A stretch of DNA of 64,000 nucleotides from a virus. Every line of letters starts with the position of its first letter. Positions within the stretch are counted from its first letter, which is position 1. The notes under the pieces were generated by a model. That model saw only the letters and a program-made list of their open reading frames with translations, ran no database searches and was not told the origin of the DNA. The translations under genes were made by a program, and so were the position numbers. The DNA is taken from the IMG/VR virus record IMGVR_UViG_3300022818_000051, positions 8,322 to 72,321 of that record. One strand, 5' to 3'. Shown here piece after piece: positions 29,439 to 38,800 of the stretch.

Positions 29439-32400
29439 TTATAAGTTAATGTAATAGTTACCACCTTCGAGCGTAATAAAATTCTCTGTTACCGACCCAT
29501 CTGCTTTGAGATATTGAGATGATGTGCCTCCCGTCTTAATAAGACTACCTACTGCCACCGCACCGTTGAATGTTACAGCCTTGGTGCTGCCTGTAAAATA
29601 TGCTATTGTATTCTGCTTCCCGTCACAAATGGCTAAATCACGGTATCTCGTAGCTCCATAATTGTACCCACGATAATTAATATATCCAACTGCATCAGCA
29701 TCCGTTGAATGGTTGAAACGGATTTCATCGCCTGACAGGGTAAGCTGTTGTACAAGAAAGTCCTGAGTTAATGAGCCTGCCAAAGCAGCATAAGTTGTAT
29801 CATGGTTATGCGCTGCCGTTGCAAAAGCCGAACCGTCACCGATGTAGTAACCCATTCCTGTCCACGGTGTGCCAGTAACAAAATAAGCCGCATTATGACC
29901 ACCCAAATACTCAGCATTAAGGTTTGTGTTTAAAACTTTTGAGGTTATGGCAAAGGGTGAATCACCAGCGTCTGCCAAAGTTGAGGTGATTACCCCTGAT
30001 GCTGCTATGGTTGTTGCGCCTGTTAAAGCTCCGACAATTGCCAAAGCCCCATTGAAAAACCCAGTACCGTTAATAGCCAGTTTATAGTTTGTGATTTCTG
30101 TGCCAGAAGAGTATCCAACACCAACATGACCAGTAGTTCCATCAAAAAATGCTATAACTCCCTGTTTCCCATCATAAATCCCCAGACTACGAAATCTTGT
30201 AACACCGTAATTATACCCCCTGTAATTAATGTAACTGGTAGTGTTCGCATCAGTTGAGTGGCCAAAATTAATTTCATCGCCTGCCAAGGTTAGTTGTTGT
30301 ACCAAAAAATCTTGTGTTAATGAGCCTGCCAAAGCTGCAAATACCCCTGAATAATCGTGGGTATGCGCATACGTAGCCGCTCCCCCTGCCGCACCTAATA
30401 CCATGATGCCTTTTACCGATGCTGTGGCGTCTGGAACAGATTGTAGAGCCGTGCCTGCGAGTGTGCCCTGCGCTGCCGTTGCAAAAGCCGAACCATCACC
30501 GACATAGTATCCTACTGCCGTCCATGGTGTGCCTGTGACATATGTTGAATTGTCGTAACTTATCGTAGTTCCTGAAATCTTCACGAAACTTGTACCATTC
30601 AGTTCTGCCTGTTCAATGTAGTAATTACCGTTTTCAAATATAATTCCCGTTCCTATTATGCCTTGTGGATCATCCAGTGTTGCCTGCTCGATATAGTAAT
30701 TACCGTTTTCAAATATAATCCCAGTTCCTGTTGTACCTTGCGTATTATCCAGTGCGGTCTGGAAATAGGAATCGGCGTGTCCATTTAAATATTGGGAATT
30801 AAAATTGTTTACCAATGTTGTACTTGCTACCGTAAGCGGTGCTGTTCCTGTTGCTACGGTTGATTGTAGGGTACTGGCTGCCAAAGTATTCGGAATTACA
30901 ACCCTGCCATCTCCCCATACGGTCACTAAGTCTGTCTTGACGTTGCTATCCGCAAGATATACGACCATCTTTGATTCTGATGCAAGGTATTTCCTTTCTG
31001 CATAAATGCCCATGCCTTGTGTCATCTCTTCGTACGCACGCAATTTAGTACCATCCCAAAAAGTACCAAAACCAAGGTATGGTTTCAGCGCATCGCCCAT
31101 GATTCCTGATGTCGTGCCGTATAAATCCAGAACGACATTAGGGTCTATAAGTTTAGCAACGAAGGAATAAGCATCTAAATATTCTGATATTTTATTATTT
31201 TTTTCGATTATTGAAATTCCTGATGTCACACATTCAACGAATTGGATTGCAATACCGCCACCACCACCGGGAAAGGCGATGAATGAATTATTTTCAATCA
31301 CCCAATTATCGGAATATTTTGCAGTAAGAAGAGCGTGCAAGGCATATAATCCTGATGCCGTTGCTGTTGCGCCCACAACCAATGGATCAATGTTAACGAT
31401 AGTCAATGTATCATTGTCAACGATAGAGCTAATAGTTAAACTATCATTCCCAATTTGCAATAAATCACCCTCTGTACATTCTGTCAAGAAGGCTGTTCCT
31501 GATCCTTCAATGGTAGTACTTCCGATTTGTGTTGCCACTCTGCCACTTAAGAAAATGGAATCACCAATTCCTTCCAGTTTTACACAATAAGATGCCACGC
31601 CCGGAGGGCACATATTGTAAAAAATATTATCTGTAACTTTAACATTAAACCCAAACGCCACGACCAACATTGCTGTATCTGTCGCATTTTTGAACGTATT
31701 GTTGCTAATAAATACGTTCCTGATGTACCCGTCTGTTTCTGGGTTTAGATACCCAACATACATACAGGCGTGAGCTTTCTGGTCAATAAAAAAGTTATTG
31801 GAAATCGTAATATCACCAGCATTATCGGTATCAATTTTTGCCGTGATGCCCGATTGTGTCGAGAGACATGATTCAAGTAGTGTCAGTTCCGTATCGCTTG
31901 TAATATAATCTATCGTTCCTTCGTCAGTACCGATATACATGTAATCGCCGACGTGACATTTATCAAGAAATGCCGGACTTGTCCCTGTAAGAAAATGTGT
32001 ACCTGTTCCAAGAACAGTTTTTGATGCTGCGCTTGTTGCTACCGTACCCGCCAATGTGACCAATTCGTTTGACCCTACCATCAAACATGGACTGTAAGAC
32101 GATTCTACGATATTGCCGGAAATAATTAAGTCTTTACTTCGTGCAATCTGAATGGCCGCACGTGGTTCCAGCATCTCATCACTCGTGGGGTCAGCATCGT
32201 ATGTTGATTTACGGTGATTCTTTATGTAATTGTCCTGTATCGTTGCATTCCCACCTCGTGCGCAATATATTGAGTGACGGTTTGCATCAATAACAACATT
32301 ATCATTTATTTTCGCATTAGAACATTTGGAAACATGTATACCATATCCGGTACCGGCCTCAACACCCATGACTGTTTCAACATGATTACCGGAAATTGTT

Positions 32401-35273
32401 ATATCCTCGCAAGTACCCCCTAAATCGGCACTGACAGATATTCCAATTGTGACACTTTTAATTACGCAATCTGTTATTTTAATATTTGTCAATGTCTGCC
32501 CTGAATCATTTGCAATTCCATAATGACCATGTATGCGTAAAGGATCACTATTGTCACAAAGGCCATCGCCCAAAATGTTCAGACGTGTCAGAATGATATT
32601 GTCACAAACACCGGAAAGTACGATATTTGCATGGTTAACAAGAGTGTCGAGCTTCTGTAAGGCGTTATTTCCGTCAAGAGTAAAATTTGTCTTGCCCTCG
32701 ATTGTAAGTATGCCACGCAAATAGTAATTGATAGGAGTAGGGAAAAATACCGTCCCACCTCTTGATGAATCAATGGAATCAATAGCGGCCTGAATTGCCA
32801 CCGTGTCGTTAGTCGTGCCGTCTCCCTTTGCGCCAAAAGACACAACGTTGGCAACCGTTACTGGTGCTGCTCCTATGTCGCTAAGCACTTCAGCATAAGA
32901 CCGTCCCTCCAATCCTGTTGCGGTGAATCTTGCATAATCACTGCTGCCCACACTCACGTCATCAATCTTTATGGCATTGATATTTGCAATACCAAATGTC
33001 AAAGGAGATTGATAGGGGGCGTTTCTCGCCCTAACGTATGTCGCAAGCGCACGATTAATAACCTTTATTTCACCTTGCAGTAATGATACGGAATTTGTGT
33101 GCGAAATAGGTTTTACCGACACGGCAGTTGTCATAGTCGGCAATATCTTGTCTTTTACATACTCAAATTGCAGGGAGTTGATGTAGAAATTCTGCACCGA
33201 TGGGTCAAGCACCCTCTCGTTTTTTACAGGCACAAGCACCCCTACCGCTATCTTGTTGTTCTCGGCGAATGTCTCACAAAATACAGGTGACAACTTTATT
33301 GCATATGTCGGATATTCATCATCAACTTTTGCCAGTTCGGCTGCCAGATAATCGTCCACCGACTGTTCAGCCGCATATACATATGGCGTGAATGGCATGA
33401 CAATATTGATGAAAAAGAAGTGGTCGCCAGCGTGCGGGTGAAATACGGTATTTGGCAGTTTCCATCCACTTGTATCAAGTTCAGCATCGGATTTATTAAG
33501 GGTGAGCTTCCATTCCGCACCACCTACTCCCGAATACGCAATCGCCACGACCGGGAATTCATAATCATCACCAGTCATGCCTATAACGTCTGACCACATA
33601 AGGGTAAGCACACCTGACCCTGTAGGAGGAAGAAGCGCATCCCATATGCGGTGCATATAGACAGCAGGAGTTTCGCCAATGCCTTTTGATGAATCCCATA
33701 TATTTTTTATCCACACGTCATATGTGGTTTTATATGGGGTGGTAACATCCATAAGGATTGTGCTAAGCGTTATGGTTGTATCTATATCTCCAGAAACCGT
33801 AAGATTATGAATTGTAGAGTACATTCGCAGATAATAAGTTCCAGCAGCGAGGGTGTCAAATGAACTGTTATATACAATATCACTATCATCACTGATGAGT
33901 CCGCTGCTAAATTGCAATTCATCCCCTATTTGTGTTCCGCCCTGCATCAGATAAACACTGATGGTCGTATGATAATTTATATCAGAGGCGCGTTTACCCA
34001 TTTCTTGTGTAATCCTGAATGATATTTTATCAAAGGGCGGGGCGAGGTAAAATTCCGCCGTAGATGAGTCTAATATTGCTGTCAGGTTATAAGTGGTTGT
34101 TGCGGAATCCACTATCGCAACAGTAGCGGTTAATGGCTGGGGGTTTTCAACATCACTCATAACCTCCTCTACCGCCACCGCATCATCTTCCCCTGACCCG
34201 ATTATTGTCGGATATATATCGTCATTATTTTCCATTGACCCCTTTCGTATTCCCCACTTGGCAAGCTTATTCACAGCAGCTTCAACATAATCTATCGGAT
34301 TAAATGTCAGTCCATTGGAAGAATCGGCATAACCCTTGTCGTACGCAGCGGTAGTATTTCCTGCGTTGTGTGGGGAAGCGGAATAATATTCCTTGTCATT
34401 CCATCCCTGCACATAATCCCTATATGATGCGGGCATAATATTCGTGTAGGGTATAAGCCGTGTATATACGTTATTGTCAGGGTCTTCGGGATAACCGTCA
34501 CCTGTTGAAGTATTGAAATACCTGTAAGGTAGGTTTCTATCAGAACCCATACCAGACAGGCGGGTATATATGGCGGATAAAGGATTGACACGCTCAATGG
34601 AGACAAGTCCGCCCCATGAAGAATCTGCCGCCTTGCCGTATTCAAACTCATGGGTTATCACTACAGGATTTGCGCCGACGGTGATAGTCATTATGCTCCC
34701 TATAAGACCAATTTTCCACCTAAGTCCGTAAAGTTCATATAGTTGTGATAGTACAGCCCACAATGTTGTGCGGGAAAATGTAGTCAGCACAAAAGATGCG
34801 CCATCGTAAATGGTAGAATCGACATTCGATGCCCAAGAAGCGTCCAATACCATCACCCATGCACCTGCGCCAAAATTATGTGTCAGGTTGTTATTATAGC
34901 GTGTTACAAATTCCCCGATGCTTGCGTTCATCTCGAAATCGTAGGATATTAGTTGATTCGCTCCTGATGCGCCAACGAAGTTTGCAAATTCGTATCTTTT
35001 CAAGTCTGCACGCTGCGACTCAAAAACCAAAGAATACTTATACTTCAGCGAACTGTCGTCTTTTACGGCTGATGGTTGCAGGGTCTTGTTGTAGAATTTT
35101 TCACCACGAAAATCCATATACCATGCAGTGGAAAACGATGGGTCTACCATTGCGGGTAACATCAGGTCACAAGTAATTGTAGCCTCGCCCATATCCTCTT
35201 CCTGATAGGAAAAGGCTTCTATATTGTAGAACGTTGCGCTGTTCGACGGGTCGTAGTATATTCGTCTGTTCAT
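29439..35273 (-). CDS. Central tail/baseplate protein fused to a right-handed beta-helix (pectin-lyase-like depolymerase) and fibre repeats, 1944 aa
   Basis: TRLSGMGSDRNLPYRY hub motif; NVVSFGAKGDG..NDT.AIQAAID; repeated I.I.NN.I beta-helix rungs. Confidence 0.85.
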   Translation of the reverse strand: MNRRIYYDPSNSATFYNIEAFSYQEEDMGEATITCDLMLPAMVDPSFSTAWYMDFRGEKFYNKTLQPSAVKDDSSLKYKYSLVFESQRADLKRYEFANFVGASGANQLISYDFEMNASIGEFVTRYNNNLTHNFGAGAWVMVLDASWASNVDSTIYDGASFVLTTFSRTTLWAVLSQLYELYGLRWKIGLIGSIMTITVGANPVVITHEFEYGKAADSSWGGLVSIERVNPLSAIYTRLSGMGSDRNLPYRYFNTSTGDGYPEDPDNNVYTRLIPYTNIMPASYRDYVQGWNDKEYYSASPHNAGNTTAAYDKGYADSSNGLTFNPIDYVEAAVNKLAKWGIRKGSMENNDDIYPTIIGSGEDDAVAVEEVMSDVENPQPLTATVAIVDSATTTYNLTAILDSSTAEFYLAPPFDKISFRITQEMGKRASDINYHTTISVYLMQGGTQIGDELQFSSGLISDDSDIVYNSSFDTLAAGTYYLRMYSTIHNLTVSGDIDTTITLSTILMDVTTPYKTTYDVWIKNIWDSSKGIGETPAVYMHRIWDALLPPTGSGVLTLMWSDVIGMTGDDYEFPVVAIAYSGVGGAEWKLTLNKSDAELDTSGWKLPNTVFHPHAGDHFFFINIVMPFTPYVYAAEQSVDDYLAAELAKVDDEYPTYAIKLSPVFCETFAENNKIAVGVLVPVKNERVLDPSVQNFYINSLQFEYVKDKILPTMTTAVSVKPISHTNSVSLLQGEIKVINRALATYVRARNAPYQSPLTFGIANINAIKIDDVSVGSSDYARFTATGLEGRSYAEVLSDIGAAPVTVANVVSFGAKGDGTTNDTVAIQAAIDSIDSSRGGTVFFPTPINYYLRGILTIEGKTNFTLDGNNALQKLDTLVNHANIVLSGVCDNIILTRLNILGDGLCDNSDPLRIHGHYGIANDSGQTLTNIKITDCVIKSVTIGISVSADLGGTCEDITISGNHVETVMGVEAGTGYGIHVSKCSNAKINDNVVIDANRHSIYCARGGNATIQDNYIKNHRKSTYDADPTSDEMLEPRAAIQIARSKDLIISGNIVESSYSPCLMVGSNELVTLAGTVATSAASKTVLGTGTHFLTGTSPAFLDKCHVGDYMYIGTDEGTIDYITSDTELTLLESCLSTQSGITAKIDTDNAGDITISNNFFIDQKAHACMYVGYLNPETDGYIRNVFISNNTFKNATDTAMLVVAFGFNVKVTDNIFYNMCPPGVASYCVKLEGIGDSIFLSGRVATQIGSTTIEGSGTAFLTECTEGDLLQIGNDSLTISSIVDNDTLTIVNIDPLVVGATATASGLYALHALLTAKYSDNWVIENNSFIAFPGGGGGIAIQFVECVTSGISIIEKNNKISEYLDAYSFVAKLIDPNVVLDLYGTTSGIMGDALKPYLGFGTFWDGTKLRAYEEMTQGMGIYAERKYLASESKMVVYLADSNVKTDLVTVWGDGRVVIPNTLAASTLQSTVATGTAPLTVASTTLVNNFNSQYLNGHADSYFQTALDNTQGTTGTGIIFENGNYYIEQATLDDPQGIIGTGIIFENGNYYIEQAELNGTSFVKISGTTISYDNSTYVTGTPWTAVGYYVGDGSAFATAAQGTLAGTALQSVPDATASVKGIMVLGAAGGAATYAHTHDYSGVFAALAGSLTQDFLVQQLTLAGDEINFGHSTDANTTSYINYRGYNYGVTRFRSLGIYDGKQGVIAFFDGTTGHVGVGYSSGTEITNYKLAINGTGFFNGALAIVGALTGATTIAASGVITSTLADAGDSPFAITSKVLNTNLNAEYLGGHNAAYFVTGTPWTGMGYYIGDGSAFATAAHNHDTTYAALAGSLTQDFLVQQLTLSGDEIRFNHSTDADAVGYINYRGYNYGATRYRDLAICDGKQNTIAYFTGSTKAVTFNGAVAVGSLIKTGGTSSQYLKADGSVTENFITLEGGNYYINL

Positions 35274-35309
35274 TGTTGTAAAGATACAAAATTATTATGA
35301 AACTACCAA

Positions 35310-35789
35310 TTATGTGCCATTATATGCCACCAATGTCGCTGGGTCTGCAACCTGTAATATTAGGTCGAAAATATACGCCCCCTTCTCTGCCTCTACAAGC
35401 TGCGGATAATTACCTGTTGCGGGAGATGTTTTTGCATAACCCGATACCTGTACACCTTTCCAGTGATTGTATATTGTTATAACTTTCGCCTGCCGTAAAT
35501 CGACACCCGACGACACCTCAAACAATGAATCATAAAAAGCATTGACGGAAGTATTCACCGTTGACAAATCGCCAGACTTCATTAGTGTCACCTTATAATC
35601 GAAAGGCTCTTTTGTCGTATATGGGTATATTTCCACCGCAGCATATTCTGGATAAGACTGCACTTCATACGGCTTGATAGGTGATATCACCAAATCGTCT
35701 GAATCGACAAGATATAGTCCCCAACTTGTTTCGGCGTCACATATCGAGCCGTCAGCAATTTTAATTGAAAGTTTACAATTGCGTGCCAT
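35310..35789 (-). CDS. Distal tail-like protein
   Basis: Lies between tape measure and tail hub; WGLYL..S and IK.YE...YPE. Confidence 0.6.
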   Translation of the reverse strand: MARNCKLSIKIADGSICDAETSWGLYLVDSDDLVISPIKPYEVQSYPEYAAVEIYPYTTKEPFDYKVTLMKSGDLSTVNTSVNAFYDSLFEVSSGVDLRQAKVITIYNHWKGVQVSGYAKTSPATGNYPQLVEAEKGAYIFDLILQVADPATLVAYNGT

Positions 35790-35805
35790 ATTGTTTTACA
35801 TTTTA

Positions 35806-38800
35806 TTAAATTAGTTGTACTCTCATAGATTTTGCACCAGTACCAGATAGGACGGATTTCATAACATTTACAGACTCGGCGGTATTTATAACTAACTGGT
35901 CGGTATTGGATTTTATTGCGTTCAATGCAGTTAATGCCTGATTCTGGATACCATATAAATCCGTCAGTGTAGTGGACATACCTTTTTGTAAGTTCGTTTG
36001 TTGAACCCACTGCATAAGTCCAGAATTTAGATATGCACCGAAAGTCTTTGCAGCGTCTTCGGACATGCCAGCAACGGATTTGGACATGCCAGTGAGGGAT
36101 GTATTGGTATCGAGAACAGAATAACCCGTGGCGTTTTCGAGGTCAGTAGCATCTTGTGCGTTTTTGGCATTTAGTGCCAACCATTCTGCTCTTAACTCCG
36201 CTAATTGTCTCGCCCGCTCTTCGGGTGATAATTTAGCGGATGCTTTATTAAAGTTTGCAAACTTTACATACCACTCTCTCATATTTTCATCCACCATAAG
36301 CGCAAATGTAGCCTGAACCGCACCCTTCATTAACTGTTCAAAAGTGTCCGCAAAATCGGCTGCACTACGCTTTCCTGCCTTAAATCCATCTACAATACTT
36401 GATACAAGGGAGTCGTAGGTAGTGCCTGTGAATGCTTCACGCATATCCTCGCCCCATTTAAGAATCATATTGTCTATGTCGATTCCTTCGTCGTGAAGTA
36501 TCTTTAATGTTTGGAAAAGCTCCTCGGCGCCTTTAGATAATCTTCCCTCCGCCGACGCTTCGGCAAGTTGGTTGTACCCGTTCTTTATGTCTTCTTCTGT
36601 CGGATTGGCTACGCCGGGGATTAGCGTTCGCCATATAGCAATTTGCGCTTCCTCGTTGGCCTTTTTTTGTTTGACCAATTCCTCTCCTTCACGCTTATAA
36701 TATCCGAGTTTAGCCTCACCAATTTTTATTGTCCATTCATATTCCTGTCTTAACTGTTCATTGTATGCAATTGCGGCAAGAAGCCGTTTCCTTTCAACTT
36801 CAATCTCTGCGTTACGACTTTGCACAACGGCGACAATGATACCTGCAATAACTGCGAGTGCTGCTATATATGGCAATAATGGCGTAAGTGCTACCCATAA
36901 GGCTGCACCCATTGCGACAATCCCCGGAGTTGCAGCTGCTGCTGCCGTTCCTACGGCAACTTCCCCTGTGGCTTCTGCCGCCAGTAATGCCACCGACACC
37001 GTAGATGCTGCCACCGATGCTGCCTTTGCCGCATTCACCGCTTCGGTTATTGTCTTGTATGCCCCCATTGTGGAGTTGACAACTTTTAGCGCATCCGACA
37101 TTAGGGATACTCCTGTCTTGAATGCGGTGATGGCAGCCTGTGTTTCATCCGAGAACGTTACGCCAAATGCTTTTCCAAGATTTTCCACCAAGGCTATTGA
37201 ATCATCAATCGGCTGTATTATGGTTTGAAGCTGGGAATCCATATTTTTAACGGAGTCAATAATCTTATCCAGACCGCTCTTCATTTTATCCAGACCAGCA
37301 TTAAATGCGTCAACATTTACACCAGTGTCGGCTGCCTCCTTCAGTCCTTCGTTATACTCCTGAAGTCCGTTGGCCAGTGCTAAGAATGGATTTTCCTGCT
37401 CTTGAATTGCTTTTATCTTCTTTAATTGTGCGGCGAAAAGCATCATCATTGCTGCGGAATTTTCCCCAGAATCTATCATTCTTTGTAAATCCCCAGCCAA
37501 TGCAGCGAGTGTTCCTCTGCCTACTCTCCCCATATCCTCAAAAGCGGCGGCGTATTTGGTAAGTTTTTGAAATTCCTTCCAGTTAAGGTTATCAATTTCT
37601 TCTTTGGTAAGTTTCTCCTCGTTGGCAAGTTTTGTATCATAGATATTGGCAATCTGTTGCATTTGTGTATTATACCACTCATCCCCTTTTTGCTGTTTTA
37701 GACTTGCTGCGTCTATTTCCATCTTCTTGCGTTCATCGGCTATCTTTGCATATGCTTTCGTGGCAGCCGAGGTGATTTTTGACATATCCAAATCAGCCCC
37801 AGTACCAGTCAGTATAAAATCTTCGCCCGACAATTCCGCAATCTTCTTCTCTAATTCCCCTGCCGACACTTCCGTCTCGGTCATGTAGTCAGATAACTTA
37901 TTTAAAGCTGATTCTGCGGACTTGAATTCTTTGCCATTTGGGTCAAGTTTGCCTATCTCATTTCTCAAAGACTCCATGCTTATTGTCGGTGAATATGACA
38001 GATTGAGTTTAGCAAATATGTCTTTCACCTGTTTACGCAATTCGTCCTCTATGTTTTTCCCCGACATGTTCAGCCCAGTTATGGTCAAAGCCATCTCAGC
38101 CGATTTCTTTTCATCACCCGTTAATGCCAACATTTTTTCATAGACTTTCGTATAGCGTTCAATAAGGTCAATCTTATTGCCGTACATGTCGAGAATGTCT
38201 TTAAGGGCGTCCTGTTCGGCTTTTAATCCAGACTTATCTTCTTTTGACGAAATGCTTATACCTAACCCCGAAGCGAGTGCACGAAGTTGGCTTATTTTTG
38301 CTGTGATATTGTTTATTTCCGATGTCGGTGCGCCTGCCATATCTTTCTCTTGTTCACGCAAGGATTTATATGCACTGCGGAGGCGTTTGATATAATCGAA
38401 ATAATCCTCTTCCTCCCCGACAGTAAAAGTGCCCTTGCCTTCGGTTATTTTGTCAACTGTAGCAACCCAATCCTCCGCAACACCGCTAAGTTTTTGCAAT
38501 TCTATCTCTGTTTTATGAAATAAATCCATTTGATTGAATTGCTTATAAAGCGCAAGTTGGTCTTTAAGTCGCTGGGTACTTAACTCTTTAGACGCTATGG
38601 CGTATTTTTCTACCGATAAAGTCTCACGTAGTTTTTTATCCTGTATAGTGTATTCATCATTTATTGCCTTTAATTCCTTCTCATAGCCTTTTGTTGAACC
38701 ATAGAGGGTGTTTACCTTTTCATTAAGGGCTTCGGTAGCGATGGCAAGGGACTGTGAAGGTGCAGTCATATCTTTAACCCCCTTAGAAATATCCCTAAGA

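Noticed and set aside
29590-30740. Tail-fibre repeats as a DGR TR/VR pair or shufflon
   Set aside because: Differences are largely synonymous rather than adenine-specific; copies are direct and in-frame
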